NCBI RefSeq assembly: GCF_001194135.2
Contig: NC_068995.1
Coordinates: forward strand, 24,938,944 to 25,002,943
DNA length: 64,000 bases
Reading direction: 5' to 3'
From: Octopus bimaculoides
Taxonomy: Eukaryota
Positions 23,030-34,611 of this stretch are shown one piece after another. The translations under genes were made by a program, and so were the position numbers. The number at the start of each line of letters is the position of its first letter. The first letter of the stretch is position 1. A model generated the notes under the pieces. It did not search any database. It was given only the letters and a program-made list of their open reading frames with translations, and was not told the origin of the DNA.

Positions 23030-23410
23030 GGAAACACGATTACATCGACTCCAGTGTTTCACTGGTACTTATTTAATGGACCCTGAAAGGATGAAAGACA
23101 AAGTCGACCACGGCAGCATTTGAACTCAGAAGGTAAAGAATTAAGAAATGTAGTTCGGCGTTTCGCCCAGCTTACTAACCATCCTGCAAGCTCACTGACT
23201 ATGTCTGTATATATTGATATCAAATTTTGACAAAAGGCCAGGAGAGGGCAAATCCATTATATAGATCCCAGTGCTACTTATTTCATCGACCCAGAAGGAT
23301 AAAAAGCAAAGTCGACTTCGGCGGAATTTGAACTCAGAATATGAAGACAGACGAAATGCCGCTAAGAATTTCGTCTGTCTTCGTGTTGTAGTGCTGGTGG
23401 TTCTGCCAGC
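23030..23410 (-). mobile_element. Two tandem SINE family 1 copies
   Basis: Reverse-complement core (ggtacttattt...gaaaggatgaaag.caaagtcgac...tttgaactcagaa) occurs twice. Confidence 0.7.
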
Positions 23411-23439
23411 TCACCGCCTTTATATCTGTATATGTTCAT

Positions 23440-26400
23440 AGACAGACAGGTATGCACCCACCACACACACGCACACACACACACACATACATGCACACAC
23501 ACACACACGAGCGCGCGCGCGCAAAATATATACACAAACACCGACCCACACACACATACACACACACATTAATGTAAATGCATACATCATATATGTAAAT
23601 ATTTATTTGTGTGCATGTGTGTGTGTACTATGTTGTGCGTGTGCGTGTAGCGTCTATGAGTGAAATTCATTCAAGAATTTCTCGTCTAGTTCAGAGAATT
23701 CTAGATTTCGTCATAGTGTCCTTATGACTTCATAATAGCGGAAACGTTTTTTCTAAGGCCTTCGTTTCAAATAATATTCAGTCTCTTTCAACCTTTCGCG
23801 GTGATTAGAGGCTAGGGAATGTGTGCGCCGGGGGACGCACCCGGACACCTGAAGACTAGTGTGAAGTCAGAGTCATCTTCACCTTGTTTTTGGTGTTTGT
23901 GGGGATATTTTGAGCGGACCTTCACAGGCGTGCCCTCCAGACATTTGGATCCTTATAACTTTCTGAAAAAATACATATCTTTTAAGGAAATATTCTACAA
24001 ATACCTCTCAGGTTGTGTATATTACGACTATATCGGAATTTAATGTGAAAAAAATAGAAGTCGCACATACATATATACTGACACACATCCCGATTTTTTT
24101 TCAAAATTTCAAGCTCCGTTTTGTGGAGATATATGATATGTGTGTCAGTATATATGTGTGTAATTTCGTGAAATTTTCTTCTTTTTTTTTTTTTCACATT
24201 AAATTCCTCTACAATCTTAATGTACACAATCCGGGAGGTATTTGTAGAAAATTTCTTTAAAAGTGTACCCATTTTTCTGGAAATTATCAGGAAACAAATT
24301 CGGGGACACAATTGTGTGGGTCTGCCGTTTTATGCACCTTTGAGTTCTTAAACACCCTCTGTAACATGCTGGTTGGTACCATAACATAGTTACAAGGTGT
24401 CCGGTATTGTTCCTGCACCCGTATGAACTCTTAGCCAGGCAATTTCAGGACAGGAAACCTGGAGGTTCCAACCAGAAACGATACTTCACACTCGATATAA
24501 TCACACAGAATATTTCACTGTAAACAATCGTGTAACTGTAAGTGGACATGATAGTAAGAAGAGGTAAATAAAAATCGTGCATGAAATATTCTTTCTACTA
24601 TAGGAGAAAGGCTTGTAATCTGATGAAAAGAATAGTCGATCATATTGACCCCAATGCTTGACTGGCACTTAATTTATCATGAACAAAAGGATCAAGGGAA
24701 CCATCGACCTCGGTGGATTTTGAACTCAGATTGCAAAGGTGTACGAAATGCCGCCGGTGTGCTAACCAATCTCCTGCTCACCGTCTTATGAACACGAATA
24801 ATGGATACTCAACATATAGACCATGTGTATATGTAGAGAGTAGGGTTATAAACTCGGTAAGTGCTTAAATAATACACAAGTTTGCTGCTCTTAAAATGTT
24901 TGATAATAGTGTCTTGATATTTCGTTTATAATGAAAGCTAAATTCTGTCTGTCTGCGGTCCCTCTATCTCAGTCTACATTTGCTCTGAATAGTGATATTA
25001 TACCTTTTTGGAATGAGAATGATCCTGGAATTGAAAATCTGCCCTTAAGTTTGTTCTTGAACATTCAGCATTGGGGTGTTATCTAAAGGGATTTGGGCTG
25101 CTACTTCTAGCACTCAGAACAAGAAGGACAAAATGCCCCTAACATTTCCCCGGGCATGCTAACAAGGCGGCGAGCTGGCAGAAACGATAGCACGCCAGGC
25201 GAAATGCTTAGCGCTATTTCGTCTGCCGCTACGTTCTGAGTTCAAATTCCGCCGAGGTCGACTTTGCCTTTCATCCTTTCGGGGTCGATTAAATAAGTAC
25301 CAGTTACGCAATGGGGTCGATATAATCGACTTAATCTGTTTGTCTGTCCTTGTTTGTCCCTTTCTGTGTGTAGCCCCTTGTGGGTAGTAAAGAAATAACA
25401 TTTATATCAGGATATATTCTTTCCTACTCTTGGCACAAGGCCCGAAATTTTGAGGGAGAGGGCCATGCTCATTAGATCGACCCTAGTACGTAACTAGTAC
25501 TTAATTTATCGTCCCCGAAAGGATGGAAGGCAAAGTCAACCTTGGCAGAATATCAATATACATTGATACACAAACGGGTATGCACACACACACTAACACA
25601 CACATGTACGCGCGCGCAGGGACACAAACATACATACACACACTCGCACAAATATGTACACAAACACCGACCCACACACACACATACACACACACACACA
25701 TTAATGTAAATGCATACATTATATATGTAAATATTTGTTTGTGTACATGTTTGTTTGTGCTTTTGTGTACGTGCGCGTGTAGCGTTTACGTGTGAAATTC
25801 ATTCAAGAATTTCTCGTCTAGTTCAGAGAATTCTAGATTTCGTCATAGTGTCCTTATGACTTCATAATAGCGGAAACGTTTTCTCCAAGGCCTTCGTTTC
25901 AAATAATATTCAGTCTCTTTCAACCTTTCGCGGTGATTAGAGGCTAGGGAATNNNNNNNNNNNNNNNNNNNNNNNNNNNNNNNNNNNNNNNNNNNNNNNN
26001 NNNNNNNNNNNNNNNNNNNNNNNNNNNNNNNNNNNNNNNNNNNNNNNNNNNNNNNNNNNNNNNNNNNNNNNNNNNNNNNNNNNNNNNNNNNNNNNNNNNN
26101 NNNNNNNNNNNNNNNNNNNNNNNNNNNNNNNNNNNNNNNNNNNNNNNNNNNNNNNNNNNNNNNNNNNNNNNNNNNNNNNNNNNNNNNNNNNNNNNNNNNN
26201 NNNNNNNNNNNNNNNNNNNNNNNNNNNNNNNNNNNNNNNNNNNNNNNNNNNNNNNNNNNNNNNNNNNNNNNNNNNNNNNNNNNNNNNNNNNNNNNNNNNN
26301 NNNNNNNNNNNNNNNNNTTTTCAAAACTGTCAGTATGTATGTGTGTAATTTCGCGAAATTTTCTTTTTTTTTTTTCTACATTAAATTCCTCTACAATCTT

Positions 26401-27140
26401 AATGTACACAATCTGAGATGTATTTGTAGAAAATTTCTATAAAAACATGCCCATTTTTCTGGACGTTATCAGGAAACAAATTCGGGGACACAATTGTGTG
26501 GGTCTGCCGTTTTATGCACCTTTGAGTTCTTAAACACCCTCTGTAACATGCTGGTTGGTACCATAACATAGTTACAAGGTGTCCGGTATTGTTCCTGCAC
26601 CCGTATGAACTCTTAGCCAGGCAATTTCAGGACAGGAGACCTGGAGGTTCCAACCAGAAACGATACTTCACACTTGATATATTCACACAGAATATTTCAT
26701 TGTAAACAATCGTGTAACTGTAAGGGGATATGATAGTAAGAAAAGGTAAATAAAAATCGTACATGAAATATTCCTTTCTACTATATTTCATCAAGAACAA
26801 AAGGATCAAGGAAACCATCGATCTCAGTGAATTTTGAACTCACATTGCAAATATGTACGAAATGCCACCGGCGTGCTAACCAATCTGCCGCTCACCGTCT
26901 TATGAATACGAGTAATGGTTACTCAACATATAGTCCACGGGTAGATGTAGAGAGTAAGGTTATCAACTAGGGAAATGCTTAAAGAAAATTAATTTTTTTA
27001 TTATACTAAACACTAAATTTTGTCTGTCTGTCATCGCCGTATCTCAGTCTACATTTGCTCTATATAGATATATTATACCCTTTTGGAATGAGAATAATCC
27101 TGGGATTGAATATCTGCCATTTATTTGATTCTTGACATCC
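23440..27140. repeat. Tandem duplication, about 2.1-kb period (about 23440-25120 and 25560-27140)
   Basis: Near-identical blocks 23660-23820 vs 25790-25952 and 24290-24560 vs 26470-26740; SINEs lie between the units. Confidence 0.9.
25166..25398 (+). mobile_element. SINE family 1, tail A, followed by an inverted partial copy at 25420-25545
   Basis: Full head, core and tail tttgtctgtccttgtttgtccc...gccccttgtgggtagtaaagaaata. Confidence 0.85.
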
Positions 27141-27479
27141 AATATAGAGATTCAAAAGCTACTTCTTGCAGGTAAAGTTTGGCAAATTCACGCCATTTTG
27201 CTTGGCGTTTGTCAGAAGACGTCAGAGATGAAGGGGGAGAAAAATTACATTCGCTTCGTTTATTTTACGTCCCGACAAGAACTTTGGGACTAATTGGCCA
27301 ACAGTTGGAATTCAACTTGGGAGTGGAACAATCTTTTTTGATTACAAATCAGTGAATACCTCTTATAACCACAGGCGGTGAACTTTTGTGGTGCTCAGTA
27401 TAATACACATTGTCGGCAATGAAAGATCTCCATTTTTGTAGCTTCAAGTATATGGAAGAATAAGCGGGAGCATAATTTT

Positions 27480-27680
27480 TAACCCAAAAGACTTTCTGCC
27501 AAACGTAAGTTCTTCGTTCTCTCATCATTGGATTCTTGTATGCAGATGATTGTGCCCTGTTAGCACATTCTCAGGAAGATATGCAACACACGATGAATGC
27601 GATTTCTGCAGCATATTCAGCATTGGACCTTACAATCAGCTTGAAAGAAACTGTCCTAATGTACCAGCAGTTGCTGCCTA
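27480..27680 (+). mobile_element. RTE/BovB-like reverse transcriptase fragment
   Basis: FLYADDCALLAHSQEDMQHTMNAISAAYSALDLTISLKETVLMYQ (YADD motif). Confidence 0.75.
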
Positions 27681-27872
27681 TGCATAATCTCTTGCATTGA
27701 GAAAACTGGCATATTTGGGGGTTTCATGCGTTTATAGATTTTGCTTTCTTTACAGTTAGCAGATTTGTTATGGAGCTGTGGAAGTACACATTCAAATTGA
27801 GGTGGACAGTGGTGGGAAGAAAGGCCTGATAGTAGTAGTGGTTATAGTTGTTGCAGTAGAATATTATAGCAC

Positions 27873-27993
<121 letters not shown>

Positions 27994-28149
27994 ACCTAAC
28001 TTACGCAACTTTTTACAGATCAATTTTTAGACACTGTTAACTAAACCCGGCAAAATATGTATGGGGTGCAAATTTTGATTTTGCATCCCCTAAAATTTTT
28101 AGGAGGGGCAAGTGCACCACCTGCACTCCCTGTTCCCGGGCCCTTGGTA

Positions 28150-28627
28150 ACACCCCTTATTTTTCGAGCACCATCCGGAGTATTCGAGCGATTCCAAGCA
28201 GTGCTGTTTTCTGCAAGTGCTCTGCGAGTGCTCCACCCTTATTACAGCACCTATTTGTTCCATGTATTTCTCAAGATTTTTACTCACTGTTTCCAGGGCT
28301 CCGACAGTTCTTGGTACTACTACCACCTTTTTCATCGACCACAACTGCTTAACCTCCCAAGCTAACCTGTTATATCTATCGACTTTTCTTTCTTCCTTAT
28401 CGCATACCTTGTTGTCAGCTGGGCATGTTGTATCTATGATTCAGCATCGTTTGGTTTCTTTCTCAATTGATACTGTTTGGTTTCCTATTGTCTATCTCAT
28501 GATCGCTATATTGACATGACGTCTCATATTCTTTCTGGGCTAGTGGTGTACATTGAATGGTAATATGCCATATGGTTTCACCATTTTGTCCGCAAATTCT
28601 GTACTTATCACTTTCTGATGTATTGTC
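28150..28627 (-). mobile_element. R4/Dong-like RLE LINE 3' fragment
   Basis: KYRICGQNGETIWHITIQCTPLAQKEY (CCHC region) and WSMKKVVVVP..VGALETVSKNLEKYMEQIG; abuts a (TAA)n tract, the known Dong target. Confidence 0.7.
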
Positions 28628-28684
<57 letters not shown>

Positions 28685-28691
28685 CATTATT

Positions 28692-28727
<36 letters not shown>

Positions 28728-28728
28728 A
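28628..28728. repeat. Compound (TTA)n(TTG)n microsatellite
   Basis: Directly visible. Confidence 0.95.
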
Positions 28729-29299
28729 TTTATCGCGGAAAGTGAACGCATTTCGAAATCTTCATCAGTTTGTGCTTTGTTCTCCTTTTTAGAAGTTTAT
28801 TATTTTTGTTGTTCGATCTTGTTTCTTAGTTGACCAGCACCACAAAGGGCTGGTCATCAGTTTCAATCATTTGCCCGACAGAGCAAAATTTTAAAAGAAA
28901 AGGGGTTTTCGAAACGGAAATTTTTTTTTTTTTTTAAGTGTCATCAGTAAGCAAGAAAGGAAGATGGGAGAAGGTTTTGAGGGTGAACTCCGGTATTGCA
29001 ATCATCTTCCACACAGTGCTACAAACGTAGCAGTAGTTAAAAATAATAATAGTATCAGTAGCAACAACAACAACAAAAACACAGGAACAGCAACAACAGA
29101 AGCAGCAACAAGAACGATGACAAAGAAGCTCGCAAAGTCACCAGCCGCAGCAAATCCTGTACCGGCAACTGTAGCAGCACAATCAAAACTACTTTCACCA
29201 CCATCTCCCAATACACTAAACATAAACATTTAGAAAAGGCGGAGAAACGCGCCAACAAACAAGAACAGAGAAAAGTTGCGCTTAATACACTGCAACACC

Positions 29300-29512
29300 A
29301 AGGCGGCGAGCTGGCAGAATCGTTAGCACGCCGGGCGAAGTGCTTTGTGGTATTTCGTCTGTCTTACGTTCTGAGTTCAAATTCCGCCGAAGTCGACTTT
29401 GCCTTTCATCCTTTCGGAGTCGATAGATTAAGTACCAGTTGCGTTCTGGAGTCGATCTAATCGACTAGTCCCCTCCCCAAAAATGTTGGGCCTTGTGCCT
29501 AGAGTAGAAAAG
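29300..29512 (+). mobile_element. SINE family 1 with 16-bp TSD
   Basis: aatacactgcaacacc (29284-29299) vs aatatactgcaatacc (29513-29528), two mismatches. Confidence 0.85.
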
Positions 29513-30248
29513 AATATACTGCAATACCTTTATACCAAACAGAAGGAAAAATAATTCTGTACTGTTGCGTCTCGTCGAAAAGATACAAATTAGAGCGTAT
29601 ATTTCAGATCAAACTGAACTCTGTTTAAGAAACATATGGCAAGGCAACACTTTAGTAGGACATACCTATAAGCCCGGGGAATTTTTTCCAGAAACTCTCC
29701 ACCGCACAAAAAACTGACCATTTCACAGATACCGATTTACTTAGGACTGTGAGTAATCCGCGTAAAAATTTCAAACCTACCACCAGAAGTAGATTTCTGG
29801 TGTAGGATTCAAATATGTGGTTTTGGAAGACCCGAGTTTTCTGCTGGAAATATAAGGATTCTGAAAAGAAAAGTGTGTTGAGAAGGGGTTGGAGATTTTA
29901 ATACAGGTGAAACCTGAAACACTAATACCCTTAGGCTTTCTGCCTACAGCAAGAACAGAAAATGACAACGAACGAAGGCCTCCACAACTGTCAACACTAC
30001 AATTTCAATAAAAGTAGAAACTGCAACAAAAACTACCGCAGAAACTTCAGCAACAGCTTGCGACCTCAGCAACGGTGACTGCAGCATCAACTACAAGACT
30101 ATTAAAACTACCAAAGCAGCAGCATCAACAACAGCAACAATAACACTAAGCGTGGTAACAACAGCAACAGCAAAAATTAAACACAACTCTTGTCTTTGAT
30201 ACTGTGTCTAGAAAAATAGACTTTGTGTTGACTAATTTATCAATTAGA

Positions 30249-30282
<34 letters not shown>

Positions 30283-31846
30283 CGCGCGCGCGCATGAGTG
30301 CGTGCGTACTTTCTATTTTTTATTTGAGAATTTCACAACAGAAACCAAAATTTCAATTTCAGCTTAATTCATTTATTTCCAGCACCAAAAGACACAGTAT
30401 ATTACAATTTATCTACAAAGTTGAAAAATAAAAAAATTAAGGTCATGGATCCGGGACAGAGCTAAAATTGGTGGCAAGCTATCAACTTCTACTTGTTCTA
30501 ATTACTTGAACAACAACAACTTCAGCAGCAGCAGCAACAGCAAAATAAGTTGATAATTAATAATAAAGAAATCTTCGAAAATCAATGATTTTCAAAGTTG
30601 TAATTTAACGCAAGATAGGAGCTATAATTTATTGAGAAGAGCCATATAAATTATAAATGGGTTATACAACCGGTTATCATTGTTGTATAAATGGGTACAA
30701 CAATGATAACCGGTATTACATGATTCAACGAGTAGGAATTGATTGACGGCTTAAAGTGAACGTTGATGGTTTTACATCATTTATAAGTTTATTTGAACAT
30801 TTTAGGGAATCCAATTTCACATGAGTTTATTAACAGGAATAATTTCTAAGTGATTACAAGTGTGCATGAGTTTTGGTAAACGTTGTTTGCGTTGCGTGTA
30901 TGTGGATAATTAGCTCTACGAGAGTTGTTTGAAGACAGTAACCAATAGAAATTGAGGCAAAATGCCAAGACGATGTTCATTCCATCAAATTTCCTGTAAA
31001 TGTACAGGTTTTTCCTTAAAGACTATATTATCTTTCATCTTATCATATGCATTTTCTTCATTACTGTTATATGGACTGTTGGATTTGTGTTCGTCTGAAG
31101 TCCTGTGTCAATGTGGTTCGTCTGAGTTCATTGTTTCATTGTTGTTGTCTTGTGTGACTGTCGTAGTAAAATGTCATTAATATATATGGCGGACATGATT
31201 CTTGTTTATTTACAACGAACATTGGGTGAGTGCGTTCTTTGTATGTAATTGAATAATAAATGTAATAATTAAATTGTACAACTCGTTGTCTTTTCTCTGC
31301 GAGTCTCCCGAGGGAAATATAACAATTACTATAACATTTTATCAGCATATGGAAAAATAACGAGATAACAGAATCGGTCGAACGTCGAAAAATTGCTTTC
31401 TTTTATTTCCTCTGGCNNNNNNNNNNNNNNNNNNNNNNNNNNNNNNNNNNNNNNNNNNNNNNNNNNNNNNNNNNNNNNNNNNNNNNNNNNNNNNNNNNNN
31501 NNNNNNNNNNNNNNNNNNNNNNNNNNNNNNNNNNNNNNNNNNNNNNNNNNNNNNNNNNNNNNNNNNNNNNNNNNNNNNNNNNNNNNNNNNNNNNNNNNNN
31601 NNNNNNNNNNNNNNNNNNNNNNNNNNNNNNNNNNNNNNNNNNNNNNNNNNNNNNNNNNNNNNNNNNNNNNNNNNNNNNNNNNNNNNNNNNNNNNNNNNNN
31701 NNNNNNNNNNNNNNNNNNNNNNNNNNNNNNNNNNNNNNNNNNNNNNNNNNNNNNNNNNNNNNNNNNNNNNNNNNNNNNNNNNNNNNNNNNNNNNNNNNNN
31801 NNNNNNNNNNNNNNNNNNNNNNNNNNNNNNNNNNNNNNNNNNNNNN

Positions 31847-31893
<47 letters not shown>

Positions 31894-32419
31894 CTTTGAT
31901 AAGTTTCAGTCAGTATAGGCCCAGGCTATGTCTAACTTAATAGCATGCCAACTTCAGAAAGAAATACCTGTATGCGTATCAGTTTCGAACAGGGCCATCG
32001 GTGGCCAGTTTGAATCAGGCCTATTTTGTTGGGTGCACAGAAGAGGCGGTAAAAGCACTGATGGGGCCGTGATATGAAGTTCCTTTCTTGACCCCCTCAG
32101 TTAGCTGATTCAGTGAGTGAGACAATAAATCGATATCAGAGCTGGACTGTTACTTTAATTTCCAACATTTAAGAGATGAAAGGAAAAATTGACCTCGGAG
32201 GTATTTGAACTCAGCTGACAGAGAGCAGAAACAGTCATCACGAGACATGCTAATCCGACGCTCTAACGATTCTGCTAATTCACCGCCCGTTAATATCTCA
32301 TCTGCAAATAGATTCGTAAGTGTGCCAACAGCCAACTTGAAACAGAGCCATTGGTGTGTCAATTGCAACCAAACTCATAAGTGTATCAACTTGAAATAGG
32401 CTCAATAGTGTGTGTGTGT

Positions 32420-32850
32420 GTGCGCGCTAGCTTCAGATATGTTATTTGGTGTGTCAGCTTCAAATACGATCCATATAAACCGATTAATACAACACTTCGA
32501 AAATATCTCCTACGAGTAAAACCACCAATAGAAGAGAATATGATCAAAAACTGCGTGTACTCCATTCCATGCAACTGTGGTAGGTTATACAAAGGCGAAA
32601 CATGTCGCCCCCTCAAAATAAGGGTTAAGGAACATCGCTGTGAGACGGAGAGATACTGATAAATTGGGTATAGCTTATCATGTATGGAAAAATGGAGACC
32701 CCTTCCTGTGGGATGAACTTAAAATAATAGACAGAGAACATCACTGGAAAATACGAAAACTAAGAGAAGCGGTACATATGCTAGGATACAACAACCTCCT
32801 AAGCAGACCGAGTGCAGATATGGGAACCGGTATTAAGGAAGGATAGAATA
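32420..32850 (+). mobile_element. Penelope-like GIY-YIG endonuclease fragment
   Basis: NCVYSIPCNCGRLYKGETCRPLKIRVKEH, then by frameshift GIAYHVW...IIDREHHWKIRKLREAVHM...LLSRPS. Confidence 0.85.
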
Positions 32851-32891
32851 TTAGATTTATAAGACCTAAAATTCACTCCATAATTGCCCAC

Positions 32892-33135
32892 GGGCATATG
32901 GCGTAGTGGTTAAAAGCGCGGGCTACTGATTCTAAGTTCGATTCCAGGCAGTAACCTGAATAATATTAATAATAATAATAATAATAATAATAACATCGAA
33001 AAATACCTTAGGAATTCGAACCCAGGTTCGAAATTTCCCCAAGACACCTGATGAAGGCTGGAGGGTATATCAACCGAAGCGTTGTGTTAACAACAAACAA
33101 GATGAGGACAAATATCCGTCAAATGTAAATAATGT
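32892..33135 (+). mobile_element. SINE family 3: tRNA-derived head, (AAT)n, hammerhead-bearing Penelope-type tail
   Basis: A box tggcgtagtgg 32899-32909, B box gttcgattcc 32936-32945, hammerhead-like ctgatga...gaagcgtt at 33042-33088. Confidence 0.7.
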
Positions 33136-33479
33136 GGTGCTTAGTTTGAACTCAGAATGTAAAGACAGTCGACATGCCGCAAAGCATTTTGCCCCGCGAG
33201 CTAACGATTCTCTAAGCTCGCTCCCTTATGTATCAATATTATTTTCAAATTTTGGCACAATACCAGAAATTTCGGGCGAGTAGGTAAGTCGATTATATCA
33301 CCTCCATTGGTTCAAATGGTACTTATTTGAAACAATTGTTTTGCAACAGAGAGAAGACCTGAGAATGTGTGATGTACATATCTTTCTCGAAGGCATCAGC
33401 AATTAAACAAAGATAAACAAAGTAAAACGACTGTAAGTGGTAGCTAGAATATTTATAGGGGTCTATTTCTGTGGGGGAT

Positions 33480-34587
33480 GAGTGCTAATAAAAAGCACAG
33501 CTAAAACATTCGCTCACGTCGATATAAATCTAAATTAATATCAACTGTAATTGCATGCAAGAAAAAGATGTTTTTTTCCCCCCGAGATTGTAACTAAAAA
33601 TTTTGAAAGCATTGATTAAGATTTTTTAAATGTGTTCGATCAACTGTAGCAAATTTGGGAGAAATTACCAGTAGAAGTTGGCAAAGTTTTACAGATCTCT
33701 TACATTGGGTGCTTTGCCAAAAGCTATTTTTTTTTTATCAAGATAATCTACGATGTCCAGTCAAACAACATCAGATATCTATCCCACAGAAACTTCAAAT
33801 GTCACAAATTGAGCTATCAGAGAGTTAATTTCAATGTCACTGGCGTATCTTCCTTCAAGAGTATTGATTTTTGATGGGATGTTTTCTTTGTTGATCGCAT
33901 TTAGGTGCAATGTCCCTGGCATTGTAATTTGCCTGATCAATAGAATTTATCGCTAGAAGAGATTTATCTCAAAATACGTATCTCTGAAATATCCCTGTCT
34001 ATCGACAGAAATATACCTTCTCCAATTCCCATTCCAATTTGTTGTGGTCTTTAGATTTTAGCGAGTTGATTAGCGTGTCTCTGGTTCTGATATAATTACT
34101 TGTTCTTGGTTCCAAAATGTCGTATAAACAGTGGAAAGAAATACAAGGCAATGAGTTGCAATTAACTGCTACGTTTTATTCAAGCGCTAAATGAACTTGT
34201 ACAGCAACAAGTTGATTACTTCACGATGATACTATCTGAAGAAAATATATACATTTGCTTCTCAAATCAGTTAGAATTTGGTGATGTGTGCTGGGCAGAC
34301 AGGAACAAAAATATGTGACATCCTTTCTTGGAGTCTCTCATATCCTAACTCTCCTCTCTGAACCAGGTCGGAGGAAATTCTTTTATTTATAGATGCTATC
34401 AGGCTCCAGAGAGCAAACAATGTTTTGCCGCACTGGATTGGTCTGTCAAATGATCCGATTGGACAACTAAAGTGTCCAATTTCAACAACAGACTTGCTCA
34501 ATGTATTACATCACCACATGACCAATCGTAGAAAACCTGCGTTTGTCCATTTTGGGACTATTTAAGACAAGACAAGCAATGTATGAC
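33480..34587 (-). mobile_element. Degenerate hAT transposase relic, interrupted by a LINE
   Basis: KLCQLLLVISPKFATVDRTH.. resembles the hAT dimerisation motif (LL..P.TSA..ER.FS.L); the sequence resumes after 36490. Confidence 0.45.
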
Positions 34588-34611
34588 AAACAGTCTCACT
34601 TCAGCTTCATA

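Noticed and set aside
23819-24290. Convergent ORFs sharing FKEIFYKYL
   Set aside because: Between tandem copies this frame shows several radical changes (K to I, P to S, T to V), while the opposite strand changes conservatively; treated as a shadow frame.
32892-32950. tRNA gene
   Set aside because: A and B boxes are present, but no complete cloverleaf or acceptor stem; continues into SINE body.
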